Source: Actinobacteria bacterium UBA4426 (lineage in GTDB: Bacteria > Actinomycetota > Actinomycetes > S36-B12). Taken from it: DNA of 64,000 nucleotides. The stretch is taken from contig DGQA01000038.1 in the NCBI GenBank assembly GCA_002390705.1, positions 9,185-73,184 on the forward strand. Direction: 5' to 3'. Numbering within the stretch: the stretch's first letter is position 1; each line of letters starts with the position of its first letter. The position numbers were made by a program, and so were the translations under genes. This document shows positions 10,058 through 23,448 of this stretch, one piece after another. Under the pieces are notes generated by a model. That model did no database searches, was not told the DNA's origin, and saw nothing but the letters and a program-made list of their open reading frames with translations.

Positions 10058-11566
10058 CTACCCACTTTTCACAGCGCCGACTTGCTCATCTCGGCGCTTG
10101 ATTAGCTTACCCTCTATGCGGGCATAATTTCTCGGATCAATTGGCAATAACCATTCTTGAAAGCGCTTAAAGCCACTGATATTCTCATCCAGGTCTGCAA
10201 GCAATTCATCGACATTGTGAACTGAAAACGGGATAATGTTAGTGCCACGAGCGTGTTTTCCCTCTGTACGTTCTTCCATCCACTCCAGTCTTTTGTCAGT
10301 GAAGGCGATCTGTTCAGAATCACTGGGTAAGTCCAGCATCCCTGACATATGCGCTGCGATCCACCAAGCTCCCACCTCAGCATTTAGTTGACTAAAGAAT
10401 GATGAGTTGTAACCATTGAACGCCAAACGTGGTACACCAATCGGCAATATTTGTCGGTAGAGCCTAAAATTATCCTTAGAGTCGGTAACTCTGTCCATCA
10501 ATTCTGGAGAAAAAAACGGAACCCTCTGATAAAAACCTGTTCCACAAATAATTGCCTCGACCGGGATCTGTTTTCCATTGCCAAGTGTCGCCATTCCAGG
10601 GTCAAGCCTAGTTATTTCAGTATCACGTTCAATAACTAACTTCCCTTCTTGGACATATGAGAAGAAATTGTCAGAAGCTAAACTCACGGTACTGCGAACA
10701 ATGGTGTCCAGACCCGTATGTGGATTGAGATCAACGTCATCTAACTTAAATTGGGAAGTCACAACCGATTGCACACTGCCCAGCATTCCTGCACTCACAG
10801 CTTTTCCTTTGCCGTGCAAGAATTTTTCAAATCCCTTCAACTCAACATAGGGAAACAAAGCTTCGCCCATGCGAGTGAGGAGCAGCATCTTGTAATTGAG
10901 CACGTTCTTGAATTTCTTGGGGATCTTCCAAATAATTTTCCGGGCAACCACGGTGGTGGATTTACTCGTCCCTACCGTTGCGGCCGCCACGTCACAGGCG
11001 GACTTTCCAAATCCGACCACGAGGACGTCTTTACCAACGACTTCGTCGACACTATGGAAGTCACACGCGTGCTCGATTGTGCCGCCCGCGTCGAGGAACG
11101 CTTGCTCTCCGTCAAATTTCGGCACAAAAGGGTCAGAGAAGATTCCATTTGCAACGACCAAAAAATCGAATTTTTCTTCATGATTTCCTAGAGAATCACT
11201 CGTTTTTACGCTCCACGATTGCGTGGCTTCATCAAATGTGGTCGAGTCCACCATCGTATTGAGTGCGATCGCTCCACCGAGTCCAAAATGATCCACGTAG
11301 GCGGCCATATATTTTTGTACTTGCTCACCGGAAGGCCATTCAGGGTAATCTTTTGGGTAGGGGAAATCTGATAGCGCATAGGTGCTTCGTACATTTTGAG
11401 TCGTGAGCCCCGGATAACGCCGTGAGCTCGACCACACTCCACCTACTTCAGAGTCCTTTTCAAACACCGTAACCGACCAACCAAAGTCCTTAAAGACTTT
11501 GGCGCTCACTAGTCCAGCAAAGCCTGCTCCGACAATGGCAATATTCGCTACTTGGGGCTGATCCAT
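10058..11566 (-). CDS. Flavin-containing / NAD(P)-dependent monooxygenase (FMO-like)
   Basis: 502 aa. N-terminal GAGFAGL FAD fold followed by FEKDSEVGGVW, second dinucleotide loop GFGKSACD, and a degenerate FMO motif GGTIEHACDF. The gene is visibly AT-richer than its neighbours. Confidence 0.75.
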   Translation of the reverse strand: MDQPQVANIAIVGAGFAGLVSAKVFKDFGWSVTVFEKDSEVGGVWSSSRRYPGLTTQNVRSTYALSDFPYPKDYPEWPSGEQVQKYMAAYVDHFGLGGAIALNTMVDSTTFDEATQSWSVKTSDSLGNHEEKFDFLVVANGIFSDPFVPKFDGEQAFLDAGGTIEHACDFHSVDEVVGKDVLVVGFGKSACDVAAATVGTSKSTTVVARKIIWKIPKKFKNVLNYKMLLLTRMGEALFPYVELKGFEKFLHGKGKAVSAGMLGSVQSVVTSQFKLDDVDLNPHTGLDTIVRSTVSLASDNFFSYVQEGKLVIERDTEITRLDPGMATLGNGKQIPVEAIICGTGFYQRVPFFSPELMDRVTDSKDNFRLYRQILPIGVPRLAFNGYNSSFFSQLNAEVGAWWIAAHMSGMLDLPSDSEQIAFTDKRLEWMEERTEGKHARGTNIIPFSVHNVDELLADLDENISGFKRFQEWLLPIDPRNYARIEGKLIKRRDEQVGAVKSG

Positions 11567-11781
11567 CCCGCATCTCCTCTTGTTGAAGATTGCCTAGACT
11601 AGAGCCCGCACGGTAACGCTCCTAGCCACTGCGCGCGGTTCCTATCCCTTACGCGCAACTAAATCAGCGGCCCCACCAATTTGTCACAAATCGGTCGAAT
11701 GGATGTATTTTTGGAATTTCGCCACATAACTGTGATCTTCGTCATACAGTTTCGTCACCAGCAACCGTGAAAAGGGGCCCC

Positions 11782-12258
11782 ATGCAGCACATAAAGGTGA
11801 CCGTCGACGGCACCACTTATCAAAAGGAAGTAGAACCTCGAACCCTCCTTGTGCATTTTTTGCGCGAGGATTTAGGTCGTGTCGGCACCGTAGTCGGTTG
11901 CGACACCTCGAACTGTGGCGCATGCACCGTCCTCGTTGACGGAGTAAGCCTGAAGTCATGCAGTATGTTGGCGGTTCAAGCCGACGGCAGTGAGATCACC
12001 ACAATTCAAGGGGTCTCCGATGGAAATGACTGGCACCCAGTTCAATCTGCATTCAAGGAGTGCCACGGATTGCAGTGCGGCTACTGCACGCCGGGCATGG
12101 TGATCAGTTCCATTGACTTGCTCAATGAGAACCCCAATCCAACTGAGGCAGAAATTCGCGAGGGCCTGGAAGGCAATCTTTGCCGCTGCACTGGCTACCA
12201 CAACATTGTCAAAAGTGTTCAACGTGCGGCCGAACTCATGGAAGGAGCTAAGTCATGA
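11782..12258 (+). CDS. (2Fe-2S)-binding small subunit of a xanthine dehydrogenase/CoxS-family molybdenum hydroxylase
   Basis: [11 protein letters not shown] and CGYCTPG/CRCTGY iron-sulfur motifs. Start at ATG 11782 ([10 protein letters not shown]) preferred over GTG 11767. Confidence 0.9.
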   Translation: MQHIKVTVDGTTYQKEVEPRTLLVHFLREDLGRVGTVVGCDTSNCGACTVLVDGVSLKSCSMLAVQADGSEITTIQGVSDGNDWHPVQSAFKECHGLQCGYCTPGMVISSIDLLNENPNPTEAEIREGLEGNLCRCTGYHNIVKSVQRAAELMEGAKS

Positions 12259-14621
12259 CTGATGTAGTAGATGCAGGAACGGCACTCGGGCGTCCCATTA
12301 AGCGCAAGGAGGATGCACGGTTACTTCACGGGCAAACAAACTGGACAGACAATATTCAACTCCCCGGAACCGTCCACATGGCGATATTGCGCAGTCCACT
12401 TGCACACGCAAAAATTACCCACCTTGACGTCAGTGGTGCACTGGCAATGCCTAATGTGGTTGCGGCCTTTGGCGCGGCTGAGCTCGGGGAACTAAATAGC
12501 TCGGTTCCCTGCGTCTGGCCGGTGACCGACGACATGGTTGCTCCGGACTTTCCCGCTCTTGCCAAAGACACGGTCCATCATGTGGGTGATTGCGTTGCGG
12601 TTGTTTTAGCCACAGACGCAGTCAGCGCGGCTGACGCACTCGAAGCAATGTCCGTTGACTACGAACCGCTACAGGCCGTTGTGAATATGGAAAGTGCAAT
12701 CAGCCCTGGATCAACACTCGTCCACGAGGACAAGGGCACCAACACCTGCTACGTCTACAACCTCGGTGGTGGTTATGACGAGAAAGTGAAAGAAGCAGAT
12801 GTTGTTATCAAACGTCGGTTCATTAATCAACGTCTCATCCCTGCGTTCATGGAGCCCCGCAGCGTTGTTGCTGCCCCAATGGGCATGTCCGACGAAATCA
12901 CCATGTGGACTTCGACCCAGATCCCGCATATTTTGCGTCTACTCATTGCACTGGTAACTGGAATTCCCGAAAATAATCTGCGCGTCATCGCACCCGATGT
13001 CGGCGGTGGATTTGGGGGAAAGTTACAGATCTACCGTGAGGAAATTCTGGTTGCCCAATTAGCTCGTAAATTGGGACGCCCGGTGAAATGGACCGAAACC
13101 CGCAGCGAAGACATGGTGGCGACCCATCATGGGCGCGATCAAATTCAAGACATTGAGATCGCTGCGAAGTCCGACGGGACATTGGTTGGGCTAAAAGTTG
13201 ACTTGAAGGCCAACATGGGCGCTTACCTGCAAATCATTACTCCAGGAATTCCTCTTCTGGGCATGTTTATGTATCCGGGTATTTACAAAATGGATGCCTA
13301 CGACTTCCAGTGCACGGGTGTATTCACCAACACGACGCCAACTGATGCATACCGCGGTGCTGGCCGACCTGAATCGACCTATGCAATCGAACGGATCATG
13401 GACGAACTCGCCGCAGAGCTTGGCATGGAACCCATGGAACTTCGTCGTAAAAACTGGATTAAGCACGAAGAGTTCCCCTACACAACAATTGCCGGACTTA
13501 CCTATGACACGGGTAACTACGAGCTGGCAACAGCACGCGCGCTGGAACTGTTTGATTACGAGGGTTTGCGCGCTGAGCAAAAGAGTCGCCGAGATTCCGG
13601 TGATCGAGTTCAGTTGGGAATAGGGATCTCGACCTTCACTGAAATGTGTGGCTTGGCTCCATCGCGCACGCTTGGCGCATTGAAATATGTCGCCGGTGGT
13701 TGGGAACACTGCACAGTTCGGGTCCTGCCAACCGGCAAGGTAGAAGTCATCACCGGAACCTCCCCACACGGTCAAGGCCATGAAACCGCGTGGAGTCAGA
13801 TCGCCTCAAGTATTCTGGGTGTTCCGGTTGAGGACATTGAGGTTGTGCACAGTGATACGGGCCGTGCGCCCTACGGCATGGACACCTACGGTTCGCGATC
13901 CCTCGCAGTGGGAGGACAGGCAATTAAGGAGGCTAGCGAGCGGCTGGTCGAGAAAGCCAGGGTGATCGCAGCACACCAAATTGAATGCAGCCCAGAGGAC
14001 CTCGAGTACGTCGACGGGGTATTCCAAGTCAAAGGCGACCCCGAAAAATCTCAGCCACTTGGTGCCGTCGCGTTCGAGGCCTTCACCGCACACAACTTGC
14101 CTGACGGTGTCGAACCCACTCTCTCCGCCGAGGCGACAATCGACCCGCAGGACTTTTCTTACCCGCATGGAACCCACCTTGCCGCTATGGAAGTGGACAC
14201 CGAGACGGGCAAGGTGACCGTGCGCAAGTACGTCTGCGTCGACGACGTTGGTGTTCAAGTGAACCCAATGATTGTTGAAGGTCAAGTACACGGTGGCGTT
14301 GCCCAGGGGATTGCGCAAGCACTCTATGAAGGCGCAAACTATGACGAGGATGGACAGCCACAAAATGCAAATCTGTCCACCTATCTGATTCCCAGCGCGC
14401 CAGATCTGCCATCTTTCATCACTGACACCACCTGCACCCCTTCAACGACTAATCCATTGGGGACTAAGGGTGTTGGTGAGGCCGGTGCGATTGCATCAAC
14501 ACCAGCGATCATCAACGGGATCGTTGATGCGATCCGGCACCTTGGCGTCAACGACGTCCTGATGCCGGCAACGCCCATGACTGTCTGGAAAACAATTCAA
14601 GCTGCCCAAGGAGGCAAATAA
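12255..14621 (+). CDS. Molybdopterin-binding large subunit, form-II CoxL-like (xanthine dehydrogenase family)
   Basis: 788 aa. Active-site loop AYRGAGR at nt 13347-13367 is the form-II signature, not the AYxCSFR of bona fide CO dehydrogenases. Its start overlaps the small-subunit stop by 4 nt. Confidence 0.88.
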   Translation: MTDVVDAGTALGRPIKRKEDARLLHGQTNWTDNIQLPGTVHMAILRSPLAHAKITHLDVSGALAMPNVVAAFGAAELGELNSSVPCVWPVTDDMVAPDFPALAKDTVHHVGDCVAVVLATDAVSAADALEAMSVDYEPLQAVVNMESAISPGSTLVHEDKGTNTCYVYNLGGGYDEKVKEADVVIKRRFINQRLIPAFMEPRSVVAAPMGMSDEITMWTSTQIPHILRLLIALVTGIPENNLRVIAPDVGGGFGGKLQIYREEILVAQLARKLGRPVKWTETRSEDMVATHHGRDQIQDIEIAAKSDGTLVGLKVDLKANMGAYLQIITPGIPLLGMFMYPGIYKMDAYDFQCTGVFTNTTPTDAYRGAGRPESTYAIERIMDELAAELGMEPMELRRKNWIKHEEFPYTTIAGLTYDTGNYELATARALELFDYEGLRAEQKSRRDSGDRVQLGIGISTFTEMCGLAPSRTLGALKYVAGGWEHCTVRVLPTGKVEVITGTSPHGQGHETAWSQIASSILGVPVEDIEVVHSDTGRAPYGMDTYGSRSLAVGGQAIKEASERLVEKARVIAAHQIECSPEDLEYVDGVFQVKGDPEKSQPLGAVAFEAFTAHNLPDGVEPTLSAEATIDPQDFSYPHGTHLAAMEVDTETGKVTVRKYVCVDDVGVQVNPMIVEGQVHGGVAQGIAQALYEGANYDEDGQPQNANLSTYLIPSAPDLPSFITDTTCTPSTTNPLGTKGVGEAGAIASTPAIINGIVDAIRHLGVNDVLMPATPMTVWKTIQAAQGGK

Positions 14622-15475
14622 TGATTCCGGTCGCTTTTGATTACAAGAAGGCTAGTTCGGTGGAAGACGCTCTTGCAGCTCTGGCAGAGGGTGGCGAAGA
14701 TGCCAAGCTCATGGGTGGCGGACAATCACTGGTCCCAGTGCTTCGGCTTCGTCTAAACGCTCCGTCAGTTGTCGTCGATTGTTCCAGCATCCCTGAGCTC
14801 AAGGGGATCAAGGATGAGGGCGGCAAGATCGTGATCGGCGCCGGAACCACTCACCACGCGGTCATGAACGATCCAGCGGTGAAGTCCAGTCTCAAAGTTC
14901 TCGCTGATGCGACAGCGAGTGTCGCTGACCCGCAGATCCGCCACCGCGGAACCCTCGGTGGCGCTCTCGCACACAGTGACCCACGTGCAGATCAGCCACC
15001 TGTTGCGCTGGCCCTAGATGCCGAGTTCACCATTGCCGGCGCAACTGGTCAACGATGCGTCGCCGCCGCCGATTTTTTCCAAGGACCGTTTGAAACTGCA
15101 GTTGGTCCCGATGAAATTCTGGTGAGCATCGCGTTTCCCAAGCTTGATGGTTGGGGCGGCCACTACGAAAAATTTAACCGCGCTGCCCAAGCCTGGAGCA
15201 TCATCGGTGTTGCCGCGGCCGTCCGAATGGAAGGTGGAAAAATCGCAGAAGCCCGTATTGGCTTAACCAATGTTGGTGGGACACCCCACCGGGCCAGCGC
15301 TGTTGAGCAAGCACTTGTTGGTGCAAGTTCGATCGCTGAGGTCGAAGCAGCCTCAATGTACGCATCGGACAATCTTTCACCATTTGCTGACGAGGATGCT
15401 GACGTTGACTATCGCTTGCACTTGGCACGCGTACTGACAGCACGATCGGTCGCGAAGGCAGCCGGGATTTCCTAG
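14621..15475 (+). CDS. FAD-binding medium subunit (CoxM/CutM-like)
   Basis: 284 aa. FAD-binding PCMH-type N-terminus with GGGQSLVPVLRLR. ATGA overlap with the large-subunit stop. Confidence 0.88.
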   Translation: MIPVAFDYKKASSVEDALAALAEGGEDAKLMGGGQSLVPVLRLRLNAPSVVVDCSSIPELKGIKDEGGKIVIGAGTTHHAVMNDPAVKSSLKVLADATASVADPQIRHRGTLGGALAHSDPRADQPPVALALDAEFTIAGATGQRCVAAADFFQGPFETAVGPDEILVSIAFPKLDGWGGHYEKFNRAAQAWSIIGVAAAVRMEGGKIAEARIGLTNVGGTPHRASAVEQALVGASSIAEVEAASMYASDNLSPFADEDADVDYRLHLARVLTARSVAKAAGIS

Positions 15476-15490
15476 ATTAATCAGTAATTG

Positions 15491-15527
15491 AATCGGCTGG
15501 TGCTCCTAGCGCCAGCCGATTTTTTTC
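15491..15527 (+). terminator. Intrinsic terminator of the coxSLM-like operon
   Basis: 13-bp stem (aatcggctggtgc / gcgccagccgatt, one G-U pair), 5-nt loop, followed by a run of 7 T. It overlaps the 3' end of the convergent aldehyde dehydrogenase gene. Confidence 0.7.
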
Positions 15528-17041
15528 ATTGCTCCCAAAAACGCGGTGAGTAGATTCCCCCACTTTTCATCACTTAAACCAAATGGCGGACCAAATCCCA
15601 ATCCGTTTTGAGTCGCAATTGTTTGAGACTGCGTGTATTGCAAAATCCCTGCAATCGCGTGCCTGCGGCCAAGTCCTGACGCACCAAAACCACCCATTGG
15701 CGAACCAAGGGTTGACCAAGCAGTCGCATAGCCTTCATTGACATTAACTGTCCCCGCGTGGAGTTCTTTGGCAATGGCGAGGGCGATCTTCTTGTCCTTG
15801 GAGATCACGCTTGCGTTGAGGCCGTACTCTGAATCATTTGCCAACCGAACCGCCTCGCTATCGGTGGCAAAAGCGCTGACCGCTACCACGGGGCCGAATA
15901 TTTCTTCTCGGCACAGACTCATCTGCTCAGTGACTCCGGTCAATATTGTGGGGGCGATCGTGGCATTACCTGCCAACTCACCGCCTGTGTGAATTTTGGC
16001 ACCTTTTTCGCGGGCATCAGAAATAAATGCCATGACCCGAGCCGCATGAACTGGGCTAATGAGCGGTCCAAAAGAACCTCCCCAACCCACGCTGTCCTGG
16101 TAGGTCATTGAGCGGGTTTTGCGCACGAACGATTCAAGGAATGCTTGCTCGATACTTTCGTGCACGTAAAGTCGTTCAATACTGACGCAGAGCTGACCTG
16201 TATTACCAAAACATGCCCGAGTGGCGATCTCAGCGGCTTTGTCAACATCGGAATCGGCACGGATGATCATGGCGTTCTTACCACCAAGTTCCAATGCAGC
16301 ACCAATAAGTTGCTCACCACATTGAGCAGCGACAATTCGACCCACTGTGGTCGAGCCAGTGAACATAAGAAAATTCACTTCACTGATCAGTGGTATACCC
16401 AGTGTTTCCCCGTCACCGATCACAACACCAAATAGTCCCTCCGGCAATCCGGCACGGTACAGCAAATCGATTACGTAAAGAGCCGTGGCTGATGTCAGCG
16501 GGTCCGGCTTCAGCACAACTGCATTACCCGCCAGTAGCGCCGGAATCGCATCACTCACCGCAAGGGTGAGTGGGTAATTCCATGGAGCAATAATCCCCAC
16601 CACACCCACTGGAACATGGCGCTCAATTGCACTAATCAACAAGGGAAAAGCTCCTGAGTGCTTACGGTTTTTCAGTGCCCTCAAGTGCCGGGCGTAGTAG
16701 CGAGCATTGAGCGTAACGTCCAGCAGTTCCTCATTAGCATCGCGCCGAGCTTTCCCCGTCTCCCACTGAATCAAGTCCAAGAGTTCGTCTTTATGCGCGA
16801 GCACCAAGTCATGAAAGCGCAGGAACACTCTTGCGCGATTTCTCAAGCTGAGGCTCTCCCACGCCACTTGCGCCGCTTGTGCCGTGTGTACGGCAGTGGA
16901 AACATCACTCTCTCGAGATAGCGCTAGTGAATACAATGTGTCGCCATAGGGAGATGTGACGGTGATGCAATCACCGGATGTGTTAGTCGCTAACCGGTTC
17001 ACCCGCGACCAGTAATCCAGGTCTTCTATCACCCCGGCCAT
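15506..17041 (-). CDS. NAD(P)-dependent aldehyde dehydrogenase (succinate-semialdehyde dehydrogenase GabD2-like)
   Basis: 511 aa. ELGGKN catalytic Glu motif and GQLCVSIER catalytic Cys. ATG lies 2 nt after the guaB3 stop (TAAtcATG). Confidence 0.85.
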   Translation of the reverse strand: MAGVIEDLDYWSRVNRLATNTSGDCITVTSPYGDTLYSLALSRESDVSTAVHTAQAAQVAWESLSLRNRARVFLRFHDLVLAHKDELLDLIQWETGKARRDANEELLDVTLNARYYARHLRALKNRKHSGAFPLLISAIERHVPVGVVGIIAPWNYPLTLAVSDAIPALLAGNAVVLKPDPLTSATALYVIDLLYRAGLPEGLFGVVIGDGETLGIPLISEVNFLMFTGSTTVGRIVAAQCGEQLIGAALELGGKNAMIIRADSDVDKAAEIATRACFGNTGQLCVSIERLYVHESIEQAFLESFVRKTRSMTYQDSVGWGGSFGPLISPVHAARVMAFISDAREKGAKIHTGGELAGNATIAPTILTGVTEQMSLCREEIFGPVVAVSAFATDSEAVRLANDSEYGLNASVISKDKKIALAIAKELHAGTVNVNEGYATAWSTLGSPMGGFGASGLGRRHAIAGILQYTQSQTIATQNGLGFGPPFGLSDEKWGNLLTAFLGAMKKIGWR

Positions 17042-17043
17042 GA

Positions 17044-20649
<3,606 letters not shown>

Positions 20650-20713
20650 CGCCCATATTGTGAGGCATCACGGCCATCTGCGCATCTTGTGACCGACATC
20701 ACCCCCATTTATA

Positions 20714-20743
20714 TTGACCAACCTATGAAACGATTTGTATTCT
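20714..20743 (+). promoter_or_regulatory. Candidate promoter of whiB (TTGACC-N18-TATTCT)
   Basis: -35 TTGACC at 20714-20719 and -10 TATTCT at 20738-20743, about 34 nt upstream of the ATG at 20777. Sequence inspection only. Confidence 0.35.
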
Positions 20744-20776
20744 TTAGTCCTGGCACCCAATCAACAAGGAGACATC

Positions 20777-21130
20777 ATGGCTGACATATCCCGGCTACCC
20801 GGACCCAACGCGGACATTTGGGACTGGCAGCTCATTGGCCTGTGCCGTGGCGAAGATCCCAATGTGTTTTTTCACCCTGAAGGCGAGCGTGGCCCAGCCC
20901 GCGTCAATCGGGACGCAGCAGCAAAAGCAATATGCGGAGCCTGCCCCGTCAAGTTGCAGTGCGCCCAGCACGCTCTCGCAGTCAAAGAGCCCTACGGGGT
21001 GTGGGGTGGTCTGACCGAAGACGATCGCGAAGACATCTACGAGGGCCGCTTGGCAGCCAACGCGGCCCTCGGCCTTGAACTCACCGCTGGCGCGATCAGT
21101 CCCCCACCTCAGGTTGCAACTGCATCGTAA
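20777..21130 (+). CDS. whiB: WhiB-family transcriptional regulator (WhiB3/WhiD-like by synteny)
   Basis: Four Cys in the C-x(n)-C-x2-C-x5-C layout (GLCRG...AICGACPVKLQC) and the GVWGG turn. ATG 20777 is preceded by AAGGAG. Convergent with groEL, as whiB3 is in mycobacteria. Confidence 0.88.
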   Translation: MADISRLPGPNADIWDWQLIGLCRGEDPNVFFHPEGERGPARVNRDAAAKAICGACPVKLQCAQHALAVKEPYGVWGGLTEDDREDIYEGRLAANAALGLELTAGAISPPPQVATAS

Positions 21131-21140
21131 TCATCCATTC

Positions 21141-21184
21141 ATAAGTAAGGGCAGGACCGGAAATCCGGTCCCGCCCTTACTTAT
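21141..21184. terminator. Long hairpin between convergent whiB and groEL (U-tract-less terminator candidate)
   Basis: 20-bp stem with one A-C mismatch (ataagtaagggcaggaccgg / ccggtcccgcccttacttat), loop aaat. No T-run on either strand. Confidence 0.6.
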
Positions 21185-21206
21185 ATGAAAAAACGTTAAC
21201 GACTCA

Positions 21207-22838
<1,632 letters not shown>

Positions 22839-22880
22839 TCAGTTAGCTAGCGGAAAATCTCTTATAGAGTCTTTTATTGC

Positions 22881-22920
22881 GGTGAGCCCCGCGGCTCCCA
22901 AAGGATTCGCGGGGCTCACC
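22881..22920 (-). other. Perfect 13-bp stem-loop in the groES-groEL intercistronic spacer
   Basis: ggtgagccccgcg (22881-22893) pairs with cgcggggctcacc (22908-22920) around a 14-nt loop, within a 134-nt spacer. Confidence 0.6.
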
Positions 22921-22960
22921 AAACAATCAAGCATCAAGCGCGAAAAGTTGATTCGAAGAT

Positions 22961-23260
22961 TTACTTCTCAACGATTGCAAGCACGTCGCGAGCAGAAAGC
23001 AGCAAGTACTCCTGGCCGTCATACTTCACTTCGGTGCCGCCGTACTTGCTATAAATGACAACATCGTTGACCTTGATGTCCAAGGGGATGCGCTTATCGC
23101 CATCTTCATCAAAACGACCTGGTCCCACTGCGAGGACCTTGCCCTCTTGGGGCTTTTCCTTCGCCGTGTCAGGGATAACAAGTCCTGAGGCGGTCGTTTG
23201 CTCCGCTTCCAGCGTTTGTACCAAAATGCGATCTTCTAGGGGCTTAATGGAAACCGACAC
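22961..23260 (-). CDS. groES: Co-chaperonin GroES
   Basis: 99 aa. [11 protein letters not shown]...[25 protein letters not shown] is canonical GroES. Confidence 0.97.
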   Translation of the reverse strand: MSVSIKPLEDRILVQTLEAEQTTASGLVIPDTAKEKPQEGKVLAVGPGRFDEDGDKRIPLDIKVNDVVIYSKYGGTEVKYDGQEYLLLSARDVLAIVEK

Positions 23261-23345
23261 GGTTTATTCCTCCGGCTCGTGGGCGCCAGCCCGGAAGCTG
23301 GTCGCGATTACGAATAATTGGGTCTTATCTCATTGGTTCTTAGAG

Positions 23346-23372
23346 TTAGCACTCACATGGTGAGAGTGCCAA
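23346..23372 (-). promoter_or_regulatory. CIRCE element 1 (HrcA operator)
   Basis: TTAGCACTC-N9-GAGTGCCAA. Matches the CIRCE consensus TTAGCACTC-N9-GAGTGCTAA at 17 of 18 positions. Lies just downstream of the -10 box. Confidence 0.85.
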
Positions 23373-23376
23373 ACGA

Positions 23377-23405
23377 ATATTACGCAACAGTTAGCACTCT
23401 GTCAA
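23377..23405 (-). promoter_or_regulatory. groES-groEL promoter (TTGACA-N17-TAATAT on the minus strand)
   Basis: The minus strand reads TTGACA (23405-23400), a 17-nt spacer, then TAATAT (23382-23377). The two CIRCE copies flank and overlap it. Confidence 0.6.
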
Positions 23406-23417
23406 ACCGAGTGCCAG
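23391..23417 (-). promoter_or_regulatory. CIRCE element 2 (HrcA operator)
   Basis: TTAGCACTC-N9-GAGTGCCAG. Overlaps the -35 box and spacer of the groES promoter. Confidence 0.8.
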
Positions 23418-23448
23418 CACACGCGTCCTGAACCCCTAGTCTTGAACC

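Noticed and set aside
13191-13781. A 196-aa minus-strand ORF inside the coxL-like gene. Similar antisense ORFs lie in guaB (18637-19290), alr (28460-28975) and secY (43631-44134).
   Set aside because: All lie fully within strongly supported genes on the other strand and have no family resemblance.
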